From Candidatus Microgenomatus sp. (GTDB lineage: Bacteria > Patescibacteriota > Microgenomatia > UBA8517): a stretch of DNA of 64,000 nucleotides. The notes beneath the pieces are model-generated. The model saw only the letters and a program-made list of their open reading frames with translations, did no database searches and had not been told where the DNA came from. The DNA is taken from assembly GCA_020724585.1 (NCBI GenBank), contig DYGS01000001.1:486002-550001 (forward strand). The letters run 5' to 3'. The translations under genes and the position numbers were made by a program. Positions 40,961 to 50,527 of the stretch are shown one piece after another (the first letter of the stretch is position 1; each line of letters starts with the position of its first letter).

Positions 40961-43900
40961 TTAATCAACATCATTCGTAGCAATATTAAAGAATCTTTCA
41001 AAGAATCTTGTTAGTTTATCAAGTACATTCTCACGTTTTTTGCTACGTTCGCCCGTTGGAGAAAAACGACCACCAGCAGGTAGTATTTTAGTGATCTCTG
41101 TACCTGTTGTTGCAACATTTCCGTTACGAAAAGCATTTTTAATAAATCGATATGTTGCTTCATGATCAAGATTTTCACTTGTAATAATTTGTTCAAGTTC
41201 TTCTACCTTTTTACCCTCAACAAATTTTTGCCAATCCTCCTCCACTACTGAATGTATATCAAGCGAAGATATAAACTGATTAATAAGATCTTTTTTGTTC
41301 CTAAGTTCGACGCTTGAATCTATAGCCTTATTTATATCAAGCAGTAATTCTTTATTTTTAGTATGATCCTCATGATATTTTTTAATTAAACCTAAGATAT
41401 AATCAATATTGATATCTATTTGTTTGATAAGCTCCATCTCAAAAACAATATCATCATTGACATTTTCCTTATCTACCTCGATATCTTTACGAAATTCGTT
41501 ATAAATATCGATGTAAGCACTGTGATAATCTTGAATATCTCGATCAGTCAAAATCTCGTTTCCTAAAAATTCATCAAAAGTAGCAAGTATATTTCGTACA
41601 CGTAAAATAGCACCATACAATTTAATAAAGTCTTTTTGATTCTGCTCGCCAACAATTCTTTCTCCAACAGGAAACTTTTCAAGTAGTTCTCTAACTAGAC
41701 TTTCATATCCACGTACATCCTTACCATCATCTTTATATCCGAAGTAATAATCATTATAAGCTTTTAAAAGAACGATTCCGCTAGCTTCTTTGTCACCAAA
41801 AAGAGCAATAGATTCATTTGTAGCTTTTTCAAGATTACGAAAACAAATAATATTACCAAAAGTTTTTATGCTATTTAAAATACGATTAGTCCTAGAAAAC
41901 GCTTGTAATAATCCATGCAATCTTAAATTCTTATCCACCCATAAAGTGTTTAGCGTTGTGGCATCAAATCCTGTCAAAAACATATTAACCACAATTAAAA
42001 TATCAATCTCACGATTTTTCATTCTTTCGCTTACATCTTTGTAATAGTTTTGAAATTTGTCGGATGAAGTATCATATGAAGTTCCAAACATCTGATTATA
42101 ATCACCAATAGCTTTTTCTAAGAAGTCTCTTGAGCTAACATCAAGTCCTGTTGTATCTTCTGAGTTTTCATCAATCATGCCATCCAAATCATCATCGTTT
42201 ACACCAAAACTATAAATTGTTGCAATTTTAAGTTGCTTATCGCTTGGAAGCCCTTCTAATTGTTTCTTAAATTCAGCGTAATATTTTTTAGCCACATCAA
42301 TTGTGGAAACAGCAAATATTGAGTTAAATCCTGCAAGTCTTCGATCCTTTAGTTTATAAAAAGTATTGCGCTTTGTTTTTTGATCAAAATGCTCTCTTAT
42401 ATACGTAACAATATTTGAAAGTCTCTCGGGAGCAGCTAAAATTGCCTCACGGTCTATATCACTTACTTTCTTATCTTCAATATTCTCGGCCTCACGAACT
42501 GTAGAAACGTAATCTACTTTAAACGGTAAAACGTTTTTATCAGATATAGCATCAACAATTGTATAAGTGTGTAATTTATCTCCAAACGCCTGTTCTGTTG
42601 TCTTTAAATTTGGTGTACCACCAGACGATGAATTCATGGCAAATATCGGTGTACCCGTAAATCCAAATATATGATAATTTTTAAATGCCTTAGTAATTGC
42701 TGTGTGCATATCACCAAATTGAGAGCGATGGCACTCGTCAAATATTAAAACAATATGATCTTCAAAAATTGTATGACCTGTATTTTTATTTATAAAACGA
42801 TCTAATTTTTGAATTGTGGTAATAATTATTTTCGCTTCTGGGTCACCCAATTGACGTTTCAAAATAGATGTACTTTTGTTACTATTGGCAGCACCTTTTT
42901 CAAATTTGTCATATTCCTTCATTGTTTGGTAATCTAAATCTTTACGATCAACAACAAAAACTACCTTTTTAATGTAAGGTAATTTACTAACAAGTTGCGC
43001 AGTCTTAAAACTTGTTAGTGTCTTTCCAGATCCGGTAGTGTGCCAAACATATCCACCTGCCTCGATTGTGCCTAACTTTTTATAATTTGTACTTATCTCA
43101 ATTCTTTTTAAAATTTTCTCAGTAGCAACTATTTGGTATGGTCGCATCACTAAAAGTAGTCGATCTGTTGTAAACACACAGTATTTAGTAAGGATATTCA
43201 GGAGCGTATGCTTAGCAAAGAATGTTTTAGCAAAATCAACTAAGTCAGTAATAGGACGGTTTGTTGCATCAGCCCACCAACTTGTAAATTCAAAACTATT
43301 ACTTGTTCTCTTTCCATTTTTAACAGAATTTCCGCCATTTTCTTTGACATACTGAAATCTAGTTGTATTACTATAATATTTTGTGTGTGTACCATTTGAA
43401 ATAATAAAAATTTGTATATACTCAAAAAGACCTGATTGAGCCCAAAAACTTTCTCTGTTATACCGATTAATTTGATTAAAAGCCTCTTGGATTGCCACGC
43501 CACGACGTTTAAGTTCGATATGTATAAGTGGCAGTCCATTAACTAGAACCGTAACATCGTATCGATTAGCGCGTTCTCCCTCGTCTGTTGCGTATTGATT
43601 AATAACTTGCAAACTATTGTCATGAATCGAATCTTTTTTAATAAGATAAATATTTTTAATAGCCCCATCATCACAAGTTAAATTTTTAATATAATCTTCT
43701 TGAATTGTAGTTGTTTTCTCAATAATGCTCTGATTTGGATTAGCAATTTCATTTTTGAAAAATCTTTCCCACTCTAAATCAGTAAAATTATATGAATTTA
43801 GTTTTTCAAGTTGTTTACGTAAATTTACAACCAAATCATTTTCAGATTTAATAGAAATATATTCGTATGCCTGTGATACAAGCTGTTTAATAAATTCTTT

Positions 43901-44023
43901 TTCCAGTTCAGCTTCACTTTGATACGTAGATTCACGTAGGTTGTTAGCAATCTCTGAGTAGTCAGCTACAACAGTACTTTCATTATTTTGTGAAACAATA
44001 TTATAATTTTGACTATTCGACAT
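40961..44023 (-). CDS. hsdR: Type I R-M restriction subunit (EcoR124I/type IC-like)
   Basis: RYDVTVLVNGLPL.HIELK, WHTTGSGKTLT, DECHRSQFG, GFTGTP, QAFSRTNR. Confidence 0.97.
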   Translation of the reverse strand: MSNSQNYNIVSQNNESTVVADYSEIANNLRESTYQSEAELEKEFIKQLVSQAYEYISIKSENDLVVNLRKQLEKLNSYNFTDLEWERFFKNEIANPNQSIIEKTTTIQEDYIKNLTCDDGAIKNIYLIKKDSIHDNSLQVINQYATDEGERANRYDVTVLVNGLPLIHIELKRRGVAIQEAFNQINRYNRESFWAQSGLFEYIQIFIISNGTHTKYYSNTTRFQYVKENGGNSVKNGKRTSNSFEFTSWWADATNRPITDLVDFAKTFFAKHTLLNILTKYCVFTTDRLLLVMRPYQIVATEKILKRIEISTNYKKLGTIEAGGYVWHTTGSGKTLTSFKTAQLVSKLPYIKKVVFVVDRKDLDYQTMKEYDKFEKGAANSNKSTSILKRQLGDPEAKIIITTIQKLDRFINKNTGHTIFEDHIVLIFDECHRSQFGDMHTAITKAFKNYHIFGFTGTPIFAMNSSSGGTPNLKTTEQAFGDKLHTYTIVDAISDKNVLPFKVDYVSTVREAENIEDKKVSDIDREAILAAPERLSNIVTYIREHFDQKTKRNTFYKLKDRRLAGFNSIFAVSTIDVAKKYYAEFKKQLEGLPSDKQLKIATIYSFGVNDDDLDGMIDENSEDTTGLDVSSRDFLEKAIGDYNQMFGTSYDTSSDKFQNYYKDVSERMKNREIDILIVVNMFLTGFDATTLNTLWVDKNLRLHGLLQAFSRTNRILNSIKTFGNIICFRNLEKATNESIALFGDKEASGIVLLKAYNDYYFGYKDDGKDVRGYESLVRELLEKFPVGERIVGEQNQKDFIKLYGAILRVRNILATFDEFLGNEILTDRDIQDYHSAYIDIYNEFRKDIEVDKENVNDDIVFEMELIKQIDINIDYILGLIKKYHEDHTKNKELLLDINKAIDSSVELRNKKDLINQFISSLDIHSVVEEDWQKFVEGKKVEELEQIITSENLDHEATYRFIKNAFRNGNVATTGTEITKILPAGGRFSPTGERSKKRENVLDKLTRFFERFFNIATNDVD

Positions 44024-45257
44024 ATTCTTTAAATGTTAGCAGTTTATTCCGATAGTATTCATATTGCAATCTACGGGCTTCAAGTTCAGCAGGTAAACCA
44101 ACTGAAATATCATTTACTAACGCGTCAAATTTATCCAAAATCGATACGATTCGATTTTGTTCGGATAAGGATGGAACAGGTACCTTAATTTTAGCAAGAT
44201 CCTTTGCAGAAACATCAATAACTTTAGTACCTTTTGCTAATTTTTTCTTTTCATCGAAAAAATATTTTGTTTGAGTGTAATAACTTAGATATTTTGGATT
44301 TTCCTTGTGTTTGAAAATTGAGGCATGTCCACCAGTAACAATCTCTTCATTTCCAAGCCAGGCGACGGTTTTACAAACGTCTTCAATATTCTCACTAGTA
44401 TTGGTTATTATCAAATCATTCTTTTGTACCCTTTGTAGTCTTTTGGCAGTTTCTCGAGATACAAAAGACTTAGTTTTATCGGCATAAGTACCGTAGTGTG
44501 TGTATATTTGACCATAGTGAATACATCCAACTCCATTTTCTGTAAAATCACTTTTAGGCAAGCCATTACCTCTCACAAATACACCAATATCTCCTAGTGC
44601 CTTTTGTTCTACTTTATCATCAAAAGTCATTAATTTATCTTTGTAATATCTATATTGTTTATTCCTTGCTTCTAATTCTGCTTCTAATTCTGCTTCTAAT
44701 TCTGCTTCTAATTCTGTAAAACTATTAAGAATTTTGACAATCTCATTTTGAATTGTAAGTGGTGGAACGGGAATTTTAAATTTTGTAAATTCCTCTTTTG
44801 TAATTGTTTTGATAGTACTACCACGAGCAATTTGCCTTTCAATATTAAATTTACTTTGTAGTTGATATGCAAAATATTTTTTATTTATCTCAATCTTATA
44901 ACTTTCGAAAATTGCCAGTGTACGATCTACATAACAATCATATTGGGTAATTGCAACTCGGCCTATGCTACCCTGCAAAGTCACAAGTACTGTATCCATT
45001 GGTACAAAAACGCTCATTTTTTGTGCTAACTTTGAGATTTTACGTTTTGTATTGTTAACTAACCGCATATCCTTAGCAACATCTGCAACCTGCACAAAAG
45101 GCTTCGCGTCTTCACCGTCGTACCAATTCTTATCACCATATGGTTGAGGAAATGAACCACGTCGATATGCCGCTATTTCACCTAGCTCCATATATTTCAC
45201 ACCATTAGGACATAACTCTAAAATCAGCTGATCAAATTTGCTTTGGTGCTTTGTCAT
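44013..45257 (-). CDS. hsdS: Type I R-M specificity subunit (type IC)
   Basis: Two TRDs, IPVPPL.IQNEIVKIL, ELEA repeats, GLPAEL.AR..QYEYYR.KLLTF. Confidence 0.95.
   Translation of the reverse strand: MTKHQSKFDQLILELCPNGVKYMELGEIAAYRRGSFPQPYGDKNWYDGEDAKPFVQVADVAKDMRLVNNTKRKISKLAQKMSVFVPMDTVLVTLQGSIGRVAITQYDCYVDRTLAIFESYKIEINKKYFAYQLQSKFNIERQIARGSTIKTITKEEFTKFKIPVPPLTIQNEIVKILNSFTELEAELEAELEAELEARNKQYRYYKDKLMTFDDKVEQKALGDIGVFVRGNGLPKSDFTENGVGCIHYGQIYTHYGTYADKTKSFVSRETAKRLQRVQKNDLIITNTSENIEDVCKTVAWLGNEEIVTGGHASIFKHKENPKYLSYYTQTKYFFDEKKKLAKGTKVIDVSAKDLAKIKVPVPSLSEQNRIVSILDKFDALVNDISVGLPAELEARRLQYEYYRNKLLTFKEYVE
44668..44715. repeat. 12-bp tandem repeat x4 in the hsdS central spacer
   Basis: (GCTTCTAATTCT)x4 encoding (ELEA)x4. 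Confidence 0.95.
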
Positions 45258-45272
45258 AAAAAATATTTATAT

Positions 45273-46598
45273 TTACTCTTCTTTATTTACTCCCAATGTA
45301 ACATCAAGATAACTAACATAGTTTTCTAGATTTCGAATCAATTCATCAAAGAGAACTATATCGATATTATTGAATGTAGTTTTTAGTTTTTTTATTTCCT
45401 TCTCTAATCGTGCTGTTAATTCGTCATTGACACTTTCAGACGTAATATGATCCCTAGAAGAAATTATTAAAATACCTCTTGGCCTATATATTTTATCGTT
45501 TTCAATTAGGGATTTTGTATATTTGTTTTCAATCTGAGTTGTATCTATGTTTTCAGTTCGCAGATCCATGTACTTGTTTAATTGAAAAATAGATTTGTTT
45601 AGATCATGAGAAGGATAATATGAATCCCTTCCTTTCTCTTTTCTAAATAAAATCGTCCGATGTGTTTTAATTTCGATAATATCTATGTTGTTGTAAATAT
45701 CTACAGCTAAAAAATCTGGTCTGGTTTCTTTTTCATAACCATCCATTTCCTTAAATACTATCTGAGAATAAAACTCCTTATAGTTCATTAAAAGAATTCT
45801 TAAGTATCGATCAAAATATAATTGCCAACACGATTCTAAACTTTTTCGCTCTTCGCCAAAGACTTTTTTTGAAAATGATTTGAGTTTAGTTTTATTGCCA
45901 GTGAGTGTCAAAAGTTCAGTACCAACTTTAATAATTTCTCTTATGCTTTCCTTATACAAAGGAAGGGTTTCTTTCATAGTAATCTTGTAAGCTCCATCTT
46001 TAATTTGTTCATCCATGAAATTCTTTATAAATGTTCTATCGCCCTTACTTAGAGCAATATATTTACCTTCAAATCCTTTAACCACATATCCAACATTTGC
46101 AAAAATAGCTGATGTATCAACTTGCGCACTGTCCCTCATGTTAAACTTATCTCTAACTATTTTTGATGTTTTCGTCTTAATCATCGTCACTTTGCTTAAA
46201 TGATCAAGGTAGTTATCAAATTTTCTAACATCAATTATTACAACATCATTGACGTCATATTCAGATGGAATATCACGCATAAAACTTAAGTATTTCTTTT
46301 GAATGTCCTGTAGGCTAGCAAACTCTTTAAGTTCTTTTTTAATCGTAAAGTTTTCAAAAGAAAAGTACTTATCTGTTATCTCTAATGAATTTTTATCCAA
46401 AATTACAGCACAAAAAAAATCATCTCTTTGTTTAACTTCGTCGATAGTATTTCTTTCACCGTCTTGATATACACTATCTTTTCTGTGCACGTTATAAAGC
46501 TTAAGAGTTATATAATTTTCATTTTGTGAAATAACAGGGTCTTCTTTACGATTCTGTTTGAAGCTATCAATTTTTATGTTTAGCGCATTTATATCCAT
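45273..46598 (-). CDS. Shedu (SduA, DUF4263)-like anti-phage nuclease
   Basis: C-terminal PD-(D/E)xK: RPDFL..D.....DIIEIKT...LF....R..Y.PS.DL..SI.Q...Y, PRGILII, IDIV.FDEL. Confidence 0.8.
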   Translation of the reverse strand: MDINALNIKIDSFKQNRKEDPVISQNENYITLKLYNVHRKDSVYQDGERNTIDEVKQRDDFFCAVILDKNSLEITDKYFSFENFTIKKELKEFASLQDIQKKYLSFMRDIPSEYDVNDVVIIDVRKFDNYLDHLSKVTMIKTKTSKIVRDKFNMRDSAQVDTSAIFANVGYVVKGFEGKYIALSKGDRTFIKNFMDEQIKDGAYKITMKETLPLYKESIREIIKVGTELLTLTGNKTKLKSFSKKVFGEERKSLESCWQLYFDRYLRILLMNYKEFYSQIVFKEMDGYEKETRPDFLAVDIYNNIDIIEIKTHRTILFRKEKGRDSYYPSHDLNKSIFQLNKYMDLRTENIDTTQIENKYTKSLIENDKIYRPRGILIISSRDHITSESVNDELTARLEKEIKKLKTTFNNIDIVLFDELIRNLENYVSYLDVTLGVNKEE

Positions 46599-46601
46599 AC
46601 A

Positions 46602-48155
46602 TCAACCTTCTATATCTTCGACGATTTTGTCAATTTCAATTCTTAATTCATTTTGTCTTGACACAATTTTTGCAATTTTGGCATTTAATTCTGCTATATT
46701 TACTACTTCTCTTTTGTTTTCTGCTACTACATAACCTGATACCCCAATATTGTAATCATTTTCTGCAACTGCCTTGTTATCGACAAGTTTTGAAAAATAT
46801 TCGATATCTGTACGATCTGTAAATGCTTTTAAGATTTTTAATCTATTTGTTTCACTTAATTTGTTTTTGTTTCCATTTCGCACAAATTCTGAAGATGCAT
46901 CAATGAAAAGTGTTTTGTTATCACTTTTACTTTTCTTTAAGACAATAATACAAGTTGCAATTGTTGTTCCAAAGAATAAATCTGGTGGTAACTGAATTAC
47001 AGTATCAATGTAATTATTATCGATTAAATATTTTCTAATTTTTTGTTCAGCTCCACTACGATATAGAACTCCTGGAAATTCAACAATTGCAGCCGTTCCA
47101 CTTGTTGAAAGCCAAGATAGCATATGCATAGTAAAGGCAAGGTCAGCCTTACTCTTTGGAGCCAATACTCCTGCAGGAGAAAAACGAGGATCGTTTATCA
47201 AAAGTGGATTAGAATCACCTTCCCATTTAATTGAATATGGAGGATTTGAAACTATTGCATCAAACGGCTCATCATCCCAATGTTTCGGATCCGTTAGTGT
47301 ATCACCAAGTGCAACATTGAAATTATTATAATTAACATCATGTAAAAACATATTAATACGACAAAGGTTATAAGTAGTAATATTAATTTCTTGACCAAAA
47401 AACCCTTGACGAACATTTTCTTTCCCTAGAACCTTAGCAAATTTAAGAAGTAAAGATCCAGAACCACAAGCAGGGTCATAAACTTTATTTACTTCTTTTT
47501 TACCAACTGTTGTAATTTCTGCTAGCAGTTCGCTAACCTCTTGTGGTGTATAGAATTCTCCTCCAGATTTACCAGCGTTAGAAGCATACATGGTCATCAA
47601 AAACTCATAGGCATCACCGAACGCGTCAATTGTATTGTCAGAATAATTACCTAATTTAAGATTTCCTATTGCTTCAACTATTTTTGTAAGTTTTTGATTA
47701 CGTTGTTCGACTGTATTTCCAAGTTTGTTTGAATTGACATCAAGATCTGCGAACAAACCCTTCAAATCATCTTCACTATCTGTGCCTTTTGCTGAATTTT
47801 CAATTTTCTTGAATACTAACGATAGAGTTTCGTTTAGATTATTATCTGCACGAGCTTTTTTGCAAACATTTACAAAAAGTTCACTTGGTAATATATAAAA
47901 CCCTTTTTCCTTTATAGTATCTACTCGTCCAAATTCTGCTTCTTTATCTGAAAGGTTTGTATAATCAAAATCTTTATTACCTCCTCTATGTTCATCAGCA
48001 TTTATATAATTAACTAAGTTTTCACTAATAAAACGATAGAATAGCATTCCTAATACATATTGTTTGAAGTCCCAGCCATCAACACTACCGCGCAAATCGT
48101 TAGCAATTTGCCATATTGTACGATGTAATTCTGCACGTTCTTGTTCTTTATTCAT
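46602..48155 (-). CDS. hsdM: Type I R-M N6-adenine methyltransferase
   Basis: IANDLRGSVDGWDFK, GEFYTP, YDPACGSGSLL, NPPY. Confidence 0.97.
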   Translation of the reverse strand: MNKEQERAELHRTIWQIANDLRGSVDGWDFKQYVLGMLFYRFISENLVNYINADEHRGGNKDFDYTNLSDKEAEFGRVDTIKEKGFYILPSELFVNVCKKARADNNLNETLSLVFKKIENSAKGTDSEDDLKGLFADLDVNSNKLGNTVEQRNQKLTKIVEAIGNLKLGNYSDNTIDAFGDAYEFLMTMYASNAGKSGGEFYTPQEVSELLAEITTVGKKEVNKVYDPACGSGSLLLKFAKVLGKENVRQGFFGQEINITTYNLCRINMFLHDVNYNNFNVALGDTLTDPKHWDDEPFDAIVSNPPYSIKWEGDSNPLLINDPRFSPAGVLAPKSKADLAFTMHMLSWLSTSGTAAIVEFPGVLYRSGAEQKIRKYLIDNNYIDTVIQLPPDLFFGTTIATCIIVLKKSKSDNKTLFIDASSEFVRNGNKNKLSETNRLKILKAFTDRTDIEYFSKLVDNKAVAENDYNIGVSGYVVAENKREVVNIAELNAKIAKIVSRQNELRIEIDKIVEDIEG

Positions 48156-48213
48156 AATATGTGCTTAATTTGCCTTGTTTTTATTTTACTACTTTTTAAT
48201 ATAAAATGACTAT

Positions 48214-48606
48214 GTGATTAAAAAAGATATCATTTCAAAATATCTACCTTTGCTTGTCTTTATATTTGGTTTCTCAATAATAGCCTTTTTGATTATTTCT
48301 CTTTCCGTAAACGAAAACCCGTCCGCAAAATATGATTTTGGCGACTATACTAGGAATGAGGTTTCTGATATAAACAAGGATATTAAAATAAGAGTATATG
48401 AATTATGCTCAGATGCTCCTAAATCTGATGAATGTAAATTTGCAATCAAACAGTGTTACGAAAATCAAAGTTGTCAAAATATGGTGTCCACATATCAACT
48501 TGCAAGAAATAAAACACCTGAGTTAGATAATTCAGCATTTATAAACGCATCGAAGGAATACATAAACATGTCACGTGCGAAACTAGGATTGCCAATATTA
48601 AAATAA
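48214..48606 (+). CDS. Membrane-anchored hypothetical protein
   Basis: N-terminal TM segment, four Cys; TAAAAT 6 nt before GTG. Confidence 0.7.
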   Translation: MIKKDIISKYLPLLVFIFGFSIIAFLIISLSVNENPSAKYDFGDYTRNEVSDINKDIKIRVYELCSDAPKSDECKFAIKQCYENQSCQNMVSTYQLARNKTPELDNSAFINASKEYINMSRAKLGLPILK

Positions 48607-48617
48607 TAATTAGGAAT

Positions 48618-48965
48618 TTAAATTTTCTTCCTTAAAATAACATGTTTAAACCATTTTTCTTGAAATTCTGTTAGTTTTTCAATTTCTGAATCTGAAAAGT
48701 CTTGGCCATCTTGCGTAACAATTAATTTGTCATCGTCATCATCTGTTCTTCTGATTACTGCAACGCAAATTCCTTTAGTTTCTGTAATTGGTTTATCTAC
48801 TCCTAAAATATATGCATCTAGTTCTTCTCCATCTGCAGATTTTGTGTTTGGAATATAGCCATAGTTAACTTCATATGTAAAACCATGTTTTGGATGTTTC
48901 GATCCTAATGGTCTGTCAACTACTACATTTACTTTTTGGCCAATGAAAGTTAATGAGTTTACCAT
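48618..48965 (-). CDS. Short family I inorganic pyrophosphatase-like protein
   Basis: DRPLGS.HP, YEVNYGYIP, DGEELDAY, DDDDKLIV. Confidence 0.85.
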   Translation of the reverse strand: MVNSLTFIGQKVNVVVDRPLGSKHPKHGFTYEVNYGYIPNTKSADGEELDAYILGVDKPITETKGICVAVIRRTDDDDDKLIVTQDGQDFSDSEIEKLTEFQEKWFKHVILRKKI

Positions 48966-49444
48966 AATTTTGTATTATATTCCTTTAGAACTCCTTCTGT
49001 AATTTCTACTTGGTTTGGAAATCTTAAATAATCTTTGAATTCATTTCTTTTAATCCATTTAATTTTTCTAATTTCAGAAGGATCTGGCTTTATATCTGAC
49101 TTCTTGCCTACAAATTTAACTATATATTGTCTTTGGGATTGACCAAGATATAACTGATGTTTTTTAAAAATTCTTTGGATAATTACTTTTAGTGGCCAGT
49201 TGTATGTAACTAAATTTTTACTTTTGAAAACAATTTCAAATTTGTTTGTTCCTAATTCTTCATGAAGTTCTCTTAATAATCCTTGTTCTTCTGTCTCACC
49301 TTTTTCAATTCCACCACCTGAAAAATTCCAATCATTTTCTCCATAGCTTACTAATTGATCAATCAAAAATTCATCTTTGTCATTAAATATAATTGCAATC
49401 GACTTTTTCCTATACAGATGTTCTATCATCCAGTTTTTAATCAT
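48959..49444 (-). CDS. Nudix hydrolase (RppH-like)
   Basis: Nudix box GGIEKGETEEQGLLRELHEELG; GQ.Q. Confidence 0.9.
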   Translation of the reverse strand: MIKNWMIEHLYRKKSIAIIFNDKDEFLIDQLVSYGENDWNFSGGGIEKGETEEQGLLRELHEELGTNKFEIVFKSKNLVTYNWPLKVIIQRIFKKHQLYLGQSQRQYIVKFVGKKSDIKPDPSEIRKIKWIKRNEFKDYLRFPNQVEITEGVLKEYNTKLW

Positions 49445-49473
49445 TTGTTAAAAGTATTATATAATCAAACTAA

Positions 49474-50469
49474 ATGAATCAAAATAAACAAAAGGATGAA
49501 AACTATCAATCTTTTCTTGAAAATCTGCATGGTAAATTAAATGCTTCTGATAATGTTCTTGAAGCTATTGTCAAAAGTTCTGTTGGATTTAGAGTTAAGG
49601 AAAAAAGAAAAGTTGTAGAGGGCGAAGTAAATGAAGTATATGATATTACACCCACACATGGTGAGAATATAATAGTTAGGATTTCAAGAGAGAAACACAA
49701 TCGTTTTGAAGCCGAAAAATGGGCATTGGATAAATGCAGGGATACTGGAGTCCAAGTTCCCGAGATACATTTGATAAGTGAGGTAGAAACAGATAAAGAA
49801 AAACTACATGTTTGTGTAGAATCTAAAATTGAGGGTGTTTCATTACAAACACTTATTAAACAAAATGCATTAAGTCAAAATGAGATTAAAGAAATAACAA
49901 TTAGTGCTGGTGAAATTCTTTCAAAAATTCATAGTATCAAAACAACAGGTTTTGGTGAAATAAACACCTTTGGTGTTGGTGAGTTTGAAACTTGGTCAGA
50001 ATACATGCTCAATCAGGACAAAAAAAGAGATCAGATCTTAGAAGAAGCAAGGAAAATAGGAGTTGATACCAAACTAGTTCAACAAGCCTTTGCTATACTT
50101 GATAAAAATAAAGATATTTATGAACATACAGATTCAAGACTAGCCCATTCGGACTATGGCATAAAACACATGCTTATTCATAAAGATAAAATAAATGGAA
50201 TAATAGATTTTGAAAATTGTAGAGGAGCAGATATTGCATACGACTTCTCTTGGTGGAACTACTTCGGACAAAACAGACCTCCAGTTGAATGGCTTATTGA
50301 AGGATACAAAAAGGATGGAAACTTAGGAGAAAACTTTGAAACAAGAATGCATTTAGTAAAAATAAGGATTGCTCTTGATCTTTTAATGTATTATGGAGAT
50401 ACAGGTCATAGTTTTGCAAAAGATATCACTGTCAGAAATTTAACTGAAGATATTACTTTCTTTAAATAG
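49474..50469 (+). CDS. Aminoglycoside phosphotransferase-family kinase
   Basis: GEVNEVY, L..IHSI...GFG, HSDYGIKH, GIIDFE. Confidence 0.85.
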   Translation: MNQNKQKDENYQSFLENLHGKLNASDNVLEAIVKSSVGFRVKEKRKVVEGEVNEVYDITPTHGENIIVRISREKHNRFEAEKWALDKCRDTGVQVPEIHLISEVETDKEKLHVCVESKIEGVSLQTLIKQNALSQNEIKEITISAGEILSKIHSIKTTGFGEINTFGVGEFETWSEYMLNQDKKRDQILEEARKIGVDTKLVQQAFAILDKNKDIYEHTDSRLAHSDYGIKHMLIHKDKINGIIDFENCRGADIAYDFSWWNYFGQNRPPVEWLIEGYKKDGNLGENFETRMHLVKIRIALDLLMYYGDTGHSFAKDITVRNLTEDITFFK

Positions 50470-50527
50470 GTACCAATCAAAACTTTTTTTCCTGATCAAC
50501 TTAGATAATTTATATTATAATTCCTAC

